The notes under the pieces are model-generated. The model was not told the origin of the DNA and made no database searches. It was given only the letters and a program-made list of their open reading frames with translations. Positions 9,134-20,100 of a DNA stretch of 64,000 bases are shown here, piece by piece. Position numbers and translations under genes: made by a program. Location: the IMG/VR virus record IMGVR_UViG_3300020187_001966, one strand, 5' to 3'. Each line of letters starts with the position of its first letter. Position 1 is the stretch's first letter. The stretch comes from a virus (taxonomy: Duplodnaviria > Caudoviricetes).

Positions 9134-10341
9134 TGTTGTAAGGCTTTCTGCCGCATAGACGAAAGGTTACCGAGACTAACATTTGGTCTATCAAAAATAG
9201 GATCTTTAAGATGATCTAAAAATGTTTGATGATCTGGATGCATGTCTTTCCAAATACATTTTTCATTATACTCTTCAGGGTTCCACGTTCCCCAATCACT
9301 AACCATGCTAAAACAAATTTGATGATGGTTCGGATACATTTCTGTCACTAATTCAATATACTGTTTCATTTCTTTATAGTTGTCATATTGTACAACAAAA
9401 TCATATATAATCCTAAAGTTTGGAAACTCTGCTCTTTTTCCATCTAAAAAAGTACAGTTACTAAGTAGAAGATCCCAGTCGCCATTTAACCGAGTTTTAT
9501 TTTCATACGTGTCTTTAGTGGCTGCATCAAAACTAATTCTACAGTCAGTTAAATTATTATGTATATTACTAATACGATTCCATAATTTAGGAGTATACAT
9601 AACACCATTTGTTTGCATAGAGATAGATAAGTTTGGAAAATCTTTGCCGTTTAAATTGTAAAGCATATCCCTATAAATCTTACTAGCCCATGGATCACCA
9701 CTACCAGTTACAAATATGCCAAAGTGTCTATCTGTAGGAGTAGTTAAAAACATCTCAACCATTTTATCATTGATTGCTTTTCTTTTTTCATACAGTGGTC
9801 CACTAGTGTATAGTAATTTAGTAGTTCTACAGCTTGGACATTTTAAATTACAACTTTCATCATTACTAAAATTAATATACGTTGGCATTGCTGTACTTTT
9901 TAAGTCTTTTGTTTTAAGAGCAACTAATTCATGCTGATGTACTGTATGTTTTTCATCTAGAATATCTTGAATGTTTGGTAGATTGTTACTTTGTATTACA
10001 GGACAAAAACTAGCTTGACAATAGTTCCATTCGCCGTTAAATATTTGCTTACGTAACTCTTGAGCTCTAGGCCCATTCCATATTTCTTCTAAAGTATCTT
10101 CTAATACATTACCAATTGGATAAGGTAACCAACTTGGACAACACATCCAGCATCTACCATGCATATCTACTTCTAGCCATGTATATAGTTTATTACAGTA
10201 TTTTCCTTTTAGATTATGTTTGCCATAATCTAAACCTTGAGTATCTTTAATCCACACATTTCCAAATAGTGGATGATGCATATGTCCAGACGCTTTAGAC
10301 GACCATGGTTGATGATGTGGTGATGTCATTTTTTGTTCCAA
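9130..10341 (-). CDS. Radical SAM protein with N-terminal SPASM/twitch-like domain
   Basis: CNLKCPSC, VTGSGDP, QTNG; N-terminal CNKLY...CWMCC...CQASFC. Confidence 0.9.
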   Translation of the reverse strand: MEQKMTSPHHQPWSSKASGHMHHPLFGNVWIKDTQGLDYGKHNLKGKYCNKLYTWLEVDMHGRCWMCCPSWLPYPIGNVLEDTLEEIWNGPRAQELRKQIFNGEWNYCQASFCPVIQSNNLPNIQDILDEKHTVHQHELVALKTKDLKSTAMPTYINFSNDESCNLKCPSCRTTKLLYTSGPLYEKRKAINDKMVEMFLTTPTDRHFGIFVTGSGDPWASKIYRDMLYNLNGKDFPNLSISMQTNGVMYTPKLWNRISNIHNNLTDCRISFDAATKDTYENKTRLNGDWDLLLSNCTFLDGKRAEFPNFRIIYDFVVQYDNYKEMKQYIELVTEMYPNHHQICFSMVSDWGTWNPEEYNEKCIWKDMHPDHQTFLDHLKDPIFDRPNVSLGNLSSMRQKALQQ

Positions 10342-10344
10342 ATA

Positions 10345-11325
10345 TTATTCTATAGTATCTTGTACTTGATCTTCACGTACTTGTGGTCCTAGTCTACTAG
10401 GATTGCGATATACTGTTTTCCAAAAACGTGATCCTGGTACACCAATGTCTGCTAGTTCAAGATCAAGTGTGCTACGTAACTGATCACCTAGCTCAACTGT
10501 TTTTGCTTTTAGTTTATCCATATCCCAACTATAGCCAGTACGTGGACATAGCTCATCACCGTCAGCAAACTGTGGTGCTAGTTCATCTTCAAAGTATTTT
10601 GTTAACCAATCAAAGTCACGTACATTTTTCCAATCCCATTCTTTTCTAGTAACATTAGTCATGTATGCGCCTAGTCTAGCACCATATATTGCCCAAAGTC
10701 CGTTGGTAGTATCCTCACCAACAGTCATCCATACCATAAGACGTCTATAATTTTCTCTATGAATACGTTTTATTGCGCTAGGATCAACAACGTCACCATT
10801 TTCTAATCCCATCTTAACACCTTCACGAAAGCCAGCACGCCATGCTTGTAGTGGAGATCCATTATTGTGTACCCAACTATACCAGTTATTCATTTGGATG
10901 TATTGAATGTTCCAACAAAAGTCTACTTGCGCTCTTTTGTCTGTGGCAGGTGCCGCTTCATGTGTACGCATACGATTAACAACGTCAACTGGCCACATTT
11001 TAATACCACCGTTGCCGTACACTAATCCGTTAATTTTATTTTTAGCAGCAAAACTAATAACATGTTTCTCTCCAATTTTATCCATGTCTAACTCGACATT
11101 GAAAAAATCTTCAGTAACAATATTATCAGCATCTACTGTAATAAAACGTTCTGTTTCGCTCATTGCGGCGGCGGCTTTGTGTGCGGCATCACTACCCCAC
11201 ACACCATGGCTTCGTTTGGCCCATGGACATTTGTCTAACAGGTCTGCATAGTTTTCATCAGCATTTGGTTCGTCGTAGCTAATGTAAACTATGTCAAAAT
11301 CGTTAATACTTACCAGGTTTGACAT
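10345..11325 (-). CDS. GT-A fold glycosyltransferase-like protein
   Basis: FDIVYISYDEP N-terminus, GVWGSDAAHKAAA, FITVDADN (DxD). Confidence 0.65.
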   Translation of the reverse strand: MSNLVSINDFDIVYISYDEPNADENYADLLDKCPWAKRSHGVWGSDAAHKAAAAMSETERFITVDADNIVTEDFFNVELDMDKIGEKHVISFAAKNKINGLVYGNGGIKMWPVDVVNRMRTHEAAPATDKRAQVDFCWNIQYIQMNNWYSWVHNNGSPLQAWRAGFREGVKMGLENGDVVDPSAIKRIHRENYRRLMVWMTVGEDTTNGLWAIYGARLGAYMTNVTRKEWDWKNVRDFDWLTKYFEDELAPQFADGDELCPRTGYSWDMDKLKAKTVELGDQLRSTLDLELADIGVPGSRFWKTVYRNPSRLGPQVREDQVQDTIE

Positions 11326-12307
11326 ATTCTAATTCCTCATATTTGAATGACACATTTTTTCCTTCTTCACCAATTAGTAACTTGGACGTTAAGAGTTCAG
11401 CATCTGTGTGTATATTAAACTCTTTGTACTCGCCCATTTCACTAAATGGTATTACGATACTTTCTTTTAAATCAAAAGGCGTATCTCCAGTAATATAAAT
11501 TTTCATATCGCTGTAGATTTTTGCCTCATGTGGGTCTTTAAAATTACTTTTAAATATCCAACCATTAGTACTATTGCTGATAGTAAATGTTGCTTCATCA
11601 TCAGTACTATAAATTTCTTTGTGATTTCGTCGGCTATTCTTTCTTTTAATATACTCTACTGTAGTATACTTAGTCTTAGTTTTTAACCCATAACTTTTAA
11701 AAATTCTACGAGTTAGTATATCAATATTGTTCAATCCAATAACGTTTGTGTATTCACTAAGATCATAAAGCATATATCCTTTGTTGATAAGATCAATAGG
11801 ATCAAGTTTAATAGTATGTATAAGGCGTAACGGGTTATTCTTTTCAGTGATGTAAAAGTATAGTACACTGTTATTTGTGTTTAGCGCCTTACTAAATTTT
11901 TGATTGAATCTTTTGCCTGTCATACGATATAGTGTATCACCACTAATGTTAATTTCTAACTTCATACTTTCAATATAGCGTATAATGTTAATTTCCATAT
12001 CAACTGATAAAGATGTTTCAGCAATTTTACTAAGCTGGTCTTCATGACTTTTTATCACTAATGCTTCAGATTTAGACATAATAAAAGTACCATTACTAGT
12101 ATCATTTACTACATATTTCTTTGGATTTAAATGTCCAATAAGAATTTCTGCAGCGGTGTTATCCTCTGTTAGTAAGTATGGATTCTTCGATTCCCTGTAC
12201 TTGCTTGATACATTTATGATCTCTCCAGACCATTCATCGTAATAAACATAGTACTTAGGAAGCGGTTTTTCTCCGACTACTGATATCAATATTGGTTCTG
12301 TATTCAT
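11303..12307 (-). CDS. Hypothetical protein
   Basis: 334-aa ORF coupled within the operon; no motif recognised. Confidence 0.7.
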   Translation of the reverse strand: MNTEPILISVVGEKPLPKYYVYYDEWSGEIINVSSKYRESKNPYLLTEDNTAAEILIGHLNPKKYVVNDTSNGTFIMSKSEALVIKSHEDQLSKIAETSLSVDMEINIIRYIESMKLEINISGDTLYRMTGKRFNQKFSKALNTNNSVLYFYITEKNNPLRLIHTIKLDPIDLINKGYMLYDLSEYTNVIGLNNIDILTRRIFKSYGLKTKTKYTTVEYIKRKNSRRNHKEIYSTDDEATFTISNSTNGWIFKSNFKDPHEAKIYSDMKIYITGDTPFDLKESIVIPFSEMGEYKEFNIHTDAELLTSKLLIGEEGKNVSFKYEELEYVKPGKY

Positions 12308-13130
12308 TAATTATTTCTTCTGTGATAAAATTTTCGTCTCTGTAGTGTACTATTCCTGATGAAATAATACTATTTTCAATTATTAGTCGGTTGTTTTCTG
12401 GAAACCAATAATTAAGTATGACAGTCCAATTGTCTGGAATGTCGTTGTTCCATAGGTGTTGACTGTGAGCGTGTAAATCATATAGATTGTTAAGCGACAT
12501 ACTAACTTCATGTTTAACATCAAGTAAGTGAGTAACAATATTACACAACACATTTTTGTTAAACGATTGTGGTTTTTTATCGTTCATTAGTTGTGTATAA
12601 ACATCACGCCAGTTTTGAAACACTGGATCTGCCATCTTAAACCATTCGATTGCTAATTTGCTATCTTTCTTAAAGTAGATAAAATTACTGTAAAGTGTGG
12701 GAAATTTATAATGATTCTCAAACTCAAAAAGTTGTCTTCTATTCAACGGTTGATTTCTAAATGATCTTGATATATTAGGCATAGCAATATCATAGACTTC
12801 AAGATTTTCCCATAGTTGATTAATATCTGTGTTTAAGAATAATGTATCATAATCTACGTAAATTGTTTCGTCATATGGTGTTGCTTCTCGTAGTTGCCAA
12901 ATATTTGATCCGTGGAACCCGTCTTTGTATGCTGTATTACCAAATGGTAACTCAATAATGTAATCAAATACGTTTTCATATCCACTGATTAAATCTTTTT
13001 CTATGTCGGCAACAATCAAACAAATACTTGCTTCTGGATCACATGTTTTAATACTTAACGCAGTGGTGTACGCATATTTAATTTGATCTTGATCAGTATC
13101 AATACCAAGTAGTAGAAATCCTTTACTCAT
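12255..13130 (-). CDS. GT-A fold (GT8-like) glycosyltransferase
   Basis: YAYTTALSIK, TPYDETIYVDYD (DxD). Confidence 0.7.
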   Translation of the reverse strand: MSKGFLLLGIDTDQDQIKYAYTTALSIKTCDPEASICLIVADIEKDLISGYENVFDYIIELPFGNTAYKDGFHGSNIWQLREATPYDETIYVDYDTLFLNTDINQLWENLEVYDIAMPNISRSFRNQPLNRRQLFEFENHYKFPTLYSNFIYFKKDSKLAIEWFKMADPVFQNWRDVYTQLMNDKKPQSFNKNVLCNIVTHLLDVKHEVSMSLNNLYDLHAHSQHLWNNDIPDNWTVILNYWFPENNRLIIENSIISSGIVHYRDENFITEEIINEYRTNIDISSRRKTAS

Positions 13131-14038
13131 TGATATTCTCCATCAGTCAGTTTACTAATAATAGTATTAGTGTGTCTAGCTATCGACATCTTGTTCATCA
13201 AGTGTAAGTTGGTATCAGTTTGTCGAGTTAAAATATTCTTCCAGGCTTCATTTCTGTTATGACTTAACATAACGTAGTCATTAACATCTTTAACTTCAAT
13301 GATATCGTCTTTTTGGTCCATGTTAATTAATGGCATGCCACCAAAATCATTCATAAAGTTATTTTCATTAAAGCCATTCATCACATGGTTTGCTATACTC
13401 ACGCAAAAGTCTGTTCTAAATAGACCTGGTGGGAATTGGTATAGTAAGTGATAATAATCCCAGTTGTCTTTAACATGTTCCCATGTATCAAAAAATATGC
13501 GGCTCTCTTCACTTTGGTCAAAGTATACTACTGTACTCCACCAGTGATGAATTCCTGCTTCATTAAGTGTTTGTTCATTTAGGTATGGTGGTTGATGCTC
13601 CATATAACGAGCATATTTGTGCATTGCTATTGGCACGTCAGTTTCAAAGATATGATCATAAAAGTCGTTCATTATAAAGTAATCAGTATCAATTAGCATT
13701 GTTTTTTCAAACGGTGTTAAATTAATAACATTATGCTTGTTACTATTACTAAACTGTGTGCTAAACTCTGTCCACGGACTATCAAAATGTCTACGTGGGT
13801 TTGATTGGTGTTCTACATCTTGTATCACAACATGGTCAAAACAACTCTCGTGAAACTCTACAGGTATAGAATCTTTAAGATACCCATACGACCCATTATC
13901 AGTGATGAGACAAGTTTTGTTATTTTTCATATTACGCTTTACATATGCGGCTGCAATATGCGCAAACTTAATATAATCCATCTTTTCGTTGTTGTATGCG
14001 AACATACAAATACCAGATTCTTCTTTATTTTCTGTCAT
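13127..14038 (-). CDS. GT-A fold (GT8-like) glycosyltransferase
   Basis: TPFEKTMLIDTDY (DxD), WWSTVVYF, HLMNK; architecture similar to the adjacent gene. Confidence 0.7.
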   Translation of the reverse strand: MTENKEESGICMFAYNNEKMDYIKFAHIAAAYVKRNMKNNKTCLITDNGSYGYLKDSIPVEFHESCFDHVVIQDVEHQSNPRRHFDSPWTEFSTQFSNSNKHNVINLTPFEKTMLIDTDYFIMNDFYDHIFETDVPIAMHKYARYMEHQPPYLNEQTLNEAGIHHWWSTVVYFDQSEESRIFFDTWEHVKDNWDYYHLLYQFPPGLFRTDFCVSIANHVMNGFNENNFMNDFGGMPLINMDQKDDIIEVKDVNDYVMLSHNRNEAWKNILTRQTDTNLHLMNKMSIARHTNTIISKLTDGEYQ

Positions 14039-14385
14039 TACCAGTCCATAATTTTCTTAATATTTCTAGACTTCTTAAGTTTATCCATTTGTACTTTGTA
14101 CTCGTTAACACCTTCAGTATACGCACCAACTAACAGATCTAAAAAGTCTGATAGGTTAGCGATTTCAATTGGGTTTTCTTTAGTGTCTAGTATAACACTA
14201 CTAGTTTTCCCTACTGAAATAAGGGCTTGTACAAAGCTAATTGTTTGTGGATTTGCTGTAAATGAACCACTATTATGATGAACTAGCTGTAATGTTTGCA
14301 TACGTGCGATTACATTTTTCTTTTGATTACTAAGTGTTGTGCGGTAATTACCGAACTCCAGCGCCTTTTCAAGCCTATCATCCAT
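14038..14385 (-). CDS. Small hypothetical phage protein heading the glycan operon
   Basis: 115 aa, good RBS (AGGAG), TAATG coupling to the next gene. Confidence 0.75.
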   Translation of the reverse strand: MDDRLEKALEFGNYRTTLSNQKKNVIARMQTLQLVHHNSGSFTANPQTISFVQALISVGKTSSVILDTKENPIEIANLSDFLDLLVGAYTEGVNEYKVQMDKLKKSRNIKKIMDW

Positions 14386-14412
14386 ATGATGTTCTCCTAT
14401 AAGTTAACTACT

Positions 14413-14440
14413 ATTATAATTATTTATGAGGGAATGTCAA
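14413..14440 (-). promoter_or_regulatory. Sigma70-like promoter overlapping a late-promoter-like CATAAATA (14421-14428)
   Basis: TTGACA (14440-14435), 16 nt, TATAAT (14418-14413) on the minus strand, upstream of 14385. Confidence 0.6.
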
Positions 14441-14450
14441 GTGTTTATTT

Positions 14451-15548
14451 TTAGCTGTCGTCAACTGTATCAAAATTATTGGTTATTGCGAATACTGGGT
14501 CTGGATTAACATCAAAGGTAGCATCATTGAGTGTTATAATATCTGGCATTAGATAACTTACATTTGTTTCAAACGTTCCATCAGTAAATTGAGCAAATGC
14601 GGTATCATCTAATTCAATTTTAAGATCAACGTCTTTGCCGTTATCTGCCCATTTTCCATAAAGTTTCATGTAACGGTTAGCATAACTACTATAGCCATAA
14701 CCGTACCCGTATCCACTAGCATCGCCTAATGGGTAAGCACTTTCAAAAGCATTCTCATGTATATACAACCCTGCGGCTGCATAACCATACCCATAACCAC
14801 TAGGTGGTGCGGTAACACCACTACTAGTAAACAGTAGTTGATATGAATTTGTTAAGTCATAAAATCCTTTACCTTCACTAGTACCTTGTGTAATACTACT
14901 ACTTTGTACTACGTTGTCCCAAGTTAAACTTAGCACACCAATTTCATTAATGATATCTGCCCAGTTGTTGTATCCAGCAGTACTACCGCCAGTCATTTCC
15001 ATATTTAGACGCAGTTGTCCACCACTGTTAAAGAAATAACGAGCATGATTATAACTACCAAATGTCCATTTATGCTCACCAACTAACTTGTTATTCCAAG
15101 GAGTTGCTCTAGTATATGCTGTACTTGGAGTAATTACAAAAGAACTAGCGTTTGTTGGGTCTATTGATAAGTGAGCATTACTTGAAAGTATACTGTTGTT
15201 AACTTTAGTTTCAACTACATTTAAATCTTCAGCACGTATAGGTGTTCTAGCAAGTATGTCTGTACGGCTTGATGGAATACTAAACACCAAGATAGTATCA
15301 TTGATGTTAACGTGATCTATCATAATATTAGTACGATTAACCATACCTTGTAGTCGTTCAGCAGTAATTAGTGTACCAATAGCTAGCGCATCTTCAACGT
15401 TAACAGCCCCCCAACCAAACTTATGATTGGATCTGTCAGCATCAGTAACAAGTACAGCACTGTATTTGTCACCAAAAATTTTGTTGACAAGTTCAGCTAC
15501 CGCATTGTACTCTGAAGCTAATACTGTTGTACCTGCTGATGCTGGCAT
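14451..15548 (-). CDS. Putative virion structural protein (baseplate/tail associated)
   Basis: Lies in the baseplate operon; T/S/G-rich; contains GYGYGY tracts. Confidence 0.6.
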   Translation of the reverse strand: MPASAGTTVLASEYNAVAELVNKIFGDKYSAVLVTDADRSNHKFGWGAVNVEDALAIGTLITAERLQGMVNRTNIMIDHVNINDTILVFSIPSSRTDILARTPIRAEDLNVVETKVNNSILSSNAHLSIDPTNASSFVITPSTAYTRATPWNNKLVGEHKWTFGSYNHARYFFNSGGQLRLNMEMTGGSTAGYNNWADIINEIGVLSLTWDNVVQSSSITQGTSEGKGFYDLTNSYQLLFTSSGVTAPPSGYGYGYAAAGLYIHENAFESAYPLGDASGYGYGYGYSSYANRYMKLYGKWADNGKDVDLKIELDDTAFAQFTDGTFETNVSYLMPDIITLNDATFDVNPDPVFAITNNFDTVDDS

Positions 15549-15549
15549 A

Positions 15550-16467
15550 TTACTTCACTCCTACCACTACTTCAATTAGACCTTCGCCATCGTCGGTCTT
15601 ATCAGCAAGAGCTCTCCCTATAATAATTCTATAATCTAATATATCTGTCATATGCGCAATTCTAGCATGACCTGGTATACTACTAGACACTAGTCTGTCG
15701 CCTTTGTTTATTTTTCCTGTAACTTTACAAGGTACACGCCCAGCTAATGCTACAAACGGATGTGTCTCGTCTGTACCTGCTGCGCTGTTCATTTCAAATC
15801 CTGGAGCGGTGGATATAATGCCAAATACATTTTCATCACATTCTGTAAGTGTTTGTGTTATCTCATTATCTCCGCCAATTTTTACTATAGTGCCTGGTTG
15901 ATATACTTCGTCTGCGTGATATCGTTCTGCAAGGTCAGCATACTCAGCACTTGTAGCAAGGCCTCTAAATTTAAAATTAGTTGTTGTGTTCATGTTAACA
16001 CCAGCTTGTATAACTGGAAACTGTGATGTTAGTACTGTGACGCCGTCTTCTAAATATTCCGTTGCCGCAGGTGTCCACGCAACAGTATCATCTACAAGTA
16101 TGGTAACAATAACACTATCAACAATATTTTCTATAGTATAGTGTGAAACTCCATTGGTGTCAAGCCTTGTTCTTACTTCCATTCTAGTATTACCAGCTGG
16201 TGAGCCAATTGTATACCATTCAGGAGCTTCATATATCTTTAAATAGCTGTCACTTGTATCATACCAAAGTTGTCCTTCAGTTGGGTTGTCTGGTGCTACA
16301 GGTCCAGCAAAGTTTTCTAATAAGTGTAGCAAGTCTTCGTTAAGATACTCGCCAAACCTGTTATAGTTCTTACCAATTAGTTTTAAACTGGTACTAGTAT
16401 CGACGGTACCGTCGTTTACTACTATTGGCGTCTTGCCGCTTTCTGAATAATCTATTGTATATGGCAT
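15550..16467 (-). CDS. Baseplate/fibre protein with C-terminal intramolecular-chaperone (peptidase G2-like) domain
   Basis: N-terminal LIGKNY...NEDLLHLLENFA...P.EGQLWYD module; C-terminal YADLAERY...GRVPCKV...KGDRLVSS...IIGRAL. Confidence 0.7.
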   Translation of the reverse strand: MPYTIDYSESGKTPIVVNDGTVDTSTSLKLIGKNYNRFGEYLNEDLLHLLENFAGPVAPDNPTEGQLWYDTSDSYLKIYEAPEWYTIGSPAGNTRMEVRTRLDTNGVSHYTIENIVDSVIVTILVDDTVAWTPAATEYLEDGVTVLTSQFPVIQAGVNMNTTTNFKFRGLATSAEYADLAERYHADEVYQPGTIVKIGGDNEITQTLTECDENVFGIISTAPGFEMNSAAGTDETHPFVALAGRVPCKVTGKINKGDRLVSSSIPGHARIAHMTDILDYRIIIGRALADKTDDGEGLIEVVVGVK

Positions 16468-16476
16468 ATTTGTTCC

Positions 16477-17076
16477 TTAAACATCACTATACGATGTGCG
16501 TAGTCTGAGTGTGTATATTACTTGTATTTTTCTGTTGGCGCTTTTTTGTACTGGATGGAAAATTACATGTGTTAGCAAATCATCATTAGCTGAAAAAAGT
16601 GCTAGCTCGTCAAATACATATGTTCCATCCATGTTTGTGGCTGTATCAGTAGCATCTTGTCCTGCTGGCTCTCCGTAGTCTAGTGTACATGTAACAACAA
16701 CATCACTGTATAGGTTTGTACTTGTATGTACTGCTTCTACACTATTTAATGCCGATCCACTAACTGCTTCATCTACTACCTTACTAAACGTTTGGTTGTA
16801 TAGTACACCACTTGACAAACTTGTATTAGTTGCTTTATATGTTACAGCACCTAGTCCGTCAATTGTTGTACCAGCATTACCAAATCTCATTGTACCAATG
16901 TGATGTGATCCAGTTGACCCTGCTTCATTTGCTAATAAGTTAGCAAGAGCAACACTCATGTTCTCAAAGTTAACGGCGTTGCGGCGCTTTGTTAATATTT
17001 CACCACTTTCAGGATCCCATATTGTAATGTGACCTTCTACACCTATCATTGTTTTTTCAGTTTTATTTACACTCAT
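16477..17076 (-). CDS. Putative baseplate/tail structural protein
   Basis: GHITIWD...RNAVNFEN...FDELALF...HVIFHPVQKS. Start moved to MSVNK (17076) because a late promoter lies at 17096-17103. Confidence 0.7.
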   Translation of the reverse strand: MSVNKTEKTMIGVEGHITIWDPESGEILTKRRNAVNFENMSVALANLLANEAGSTGSHHIGTMRFGNAGTTIDGLGAVTYKATNTSLSSGVLYNQTFSKVVDEAVSGSALNSVEAVHTSTNLYSDVVVTCTLDYGEPAGQDATDTATNMDGTYVFDELALFSANDDLLTHVIFHPVQKSANRKIQVIYTLRLRTSYSDV

Positions 17077-17095
17077 AATTTTTTTCCATTTATAA

Positions 17096-17103
17096 TATTT
17101 ATA
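17096..17103 (-). promoter_or_regulatory. T4-type late promoter
   Basis: Exact TATAAATA on the minus strand, 20 nt upstream of ATG 17076. Confidence 0.7.
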
Positions 17104-20100
17104 TAGATCCAGAACCCGCATTTCTAATGAAAGTGTGTTCGGGTGTTATTCCTGCTGAAGCAAGGCTTACACCACTATCGTTATAGGCTAATCTTAGATT
17201 GTCACCGTAATGTCCAAAGTTTTCTAACACTGGTATTGTTGGTTCATATCTTACTGTAGTACCAACTGGTGTATTAGTTAATACTGGTGTTCCGTATGTG
17301 CCTCGAGTACAGTAAAATAATGTTGTACCAAGTTTAGCACCGTATTCTACTCTTTCGTTGCCTACCCAAACTACACCGCTATCAGGGAAGCCAGTAGCAT
17401 TATCTACTATAATAGTATTATCATCACTAGCAATAACTGATGTTGCTGTTACAGTTGATGTTGCGTCAACAACGGCTGTGCTTTCTTGTATGCGATATTG
17501 TTCCCAAATATTCATACGGAACGAACGTGTATCAGTAGTTTCTGTAGATCCACTAGCATTAGTTTGTACTAGTATACTAACATTCTCATGTACATCCATT
17601 GGATAAAGTTCGTTACCCCAACCTTCTGTTACAGCCTGTTGGAATACATTAGCGTCATAAATGTATTCTATGTCACCATCTACTGTTGTAAATGTTATAG
17701 CATCCACATTATCAGGTGCTGTAGTAAACGTACCACCAGTTAGTATAGTATCTCCAGCCCAAGTTCTTTCAGTGTGATCTTCATACTTCATTGTGATAAC
17801 ACTATTGCGACTTAGTTCACTAATTTCATTTTCCCATGAATCAGTATGTGTATTGCGATCTGTTATACTATGTAATTTAGTATGGAACGGTTTAATTGTG
17901 TTAAAGAATTCTTCAACAACATTTACATTAAAGTTTCCATATCTTTCTTTATTCGTTAGTAATGGATGATCAACATTTAGTTTTACAAACGTAGTTTTAA
18001 ACGCAAAGTCATCTGCTGTATTATCAGCAATTGCTTGATACAAACACTTAAACCAAAGTTTGTTATATTTAACTTGATGTCTACCAACAAATATATGGCT
18101 ACGTAAACCATCAAATATAGTGCTTAGTATTCCATCAACTGAATTGTCAAATCCGTCTATATCAAATCCACTAATATCATAACCTAATCCAAACTTCTGA
18201 GAATTCCAAAGTTCTTCGCTTAATTGTATTGTGCCTTTTACTTTGTGTTCAAGAACCCATTCGTCATTTATACGACTGTAAGTTTCAGGTCTATTAATGT
18301 CATCACTGTGCATCACTGTTGTAATTTTCAGTGTATCACCATTTACATAAGGGAAAGGCACACCTAGTTCACCATATAGTTCATCTTTACTATCTGCTGT
18401 ATATTTTGGAGAAATACTAGTATTGTACTCGTATACCAAACTATCATTGTTGTCATAAGTTTTTCTAGTATAATCAACATAACTCCAATATGGTGATATG
18501 TCATATGACACCACGCCTTCAATACTAATCTTATTCATGACAGTTTCCCATGAATCACCACCATCAATTAGCGGAATGTCTGCTAGTAAATTATTAGCAG
18601 TTTCAATAAAGTTCTGTCTTGCTATTGGAAGTTCTCTTACCAAACTCTGTCTTGGACGTACTAAGTGTCCATAACGGTTGTATGGATGTAAGTTTAAATC
18701 TGGCAATGCGTGAGGACGAGCAACATCTATATCAGATTCTGGTGTTCCATCTGGTAAGTTATAATCATAAATTCTAACCCATTTTTCCATAGCAGTATCT
18801 AAACTTGGTTGATTGCCTGTGTTGTCTGCTAGTAAGTTAATATAAAAGTTATCACCATCTTGTACAACAGCATCCACCGCATATACTGTACCAGTACTCC
18901 AGGTTGTGTATGTATATCTTTCAGTATGTCTATTGTATCCAGTTAAACTGTCACGCATTTTAATATGTAACTGTTCTGGAATAATACTAGCAGAATCGTT
19001 TTCTGATAACAATGTCCACTCATTTAATGGTAGTGCGTTACTATCTACTCTTTGATTAACTTGTACAACTGTATTGTTTGTAATATATAATTCAACATTT
19101 GATAATAATAATTCACTACTGCCAGCAGCCGCTGCCCAGCTAATATTAAACGCACTTGGATTTTCTAATAGTCTGGCTAATTGGTATGTATTGTAGTTTC
19201 GTTTACTAGTATTATTTTGTTTTCCTTTAACCCAGAAGAAGTAATTTTTTTCTGTACGTTTGGATTGACTATTGTAAAACTTTTCCTCTGTCCAGTTGTA
19301 CACAGTTTCATTATCAATGTCAACACTTAGTGGAGTTCCACTTGCTGGGCTTCCATCAATATATCCACCTCGGTCAACTAATGTTTTCCATTCTTCAGGA
19401 GGAACACTACTGCGAGTCCATTCATATACATCAATGCTTGCGCCGTCAAATAATCTACCCCAGTATGCTTGCTTGTAGTCAATACTACTTTGTTCATAGT
19501 CTACATAAATTGCCGTGTTAATATCCCACCAACGCATGCCAATTTGTTCAGTTGCCCATGATTTAGTGTTTTCATTAAATCCATCAACTGTATTATAGTT
19601 ATAACTTGCTATATCAGCAGTTAGTATAAGGTCAATTTCTTCATCAATAAATCCAGGGATAATACCTTTAGCTGGATCAAATATCTCAAGTTGTGTAATA
19701 GTACTTTTTGTATAAGCATCATAAAGTTTTACACTTTCAATAAGGTCATTACGTGCTTGTGTGGCACTTTCTCTAACTTTAGTCCAACCAGTACCAGTAT
19801 GCCCAGTACTATTGGTGTAGTTTCCTACCCATTTATAAACTGCTGGACTACCATTTCCATCATCGTCAACAAACGCATACTTTGGTGTTTGTTGATTATT
19901 TTGTCTAAGTCCATTAAAATTATATTTGAAAACGCCATTTACTGTAGCATTAGTATTATTATCAAGTGTATTAAAGTCTGAGAATCTAACATTACGTAAC
20001 GGGTAAATATTTCCAACTGTTCCTTCTTCTTGAATATATTCATCAATATAAAATACAAGTGTATTATCTGGATTAACTGCAGTAACACGATGTATTCCAT

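Noticed and set aside
16477-17121. Track start at 17121 (MRVLDLY...) and track start at 49164 for the small core gene
   Set aside because: These overlap upstream genes and promoters; downstream starts (17076, 49248) fit promoter and RBS positions better.
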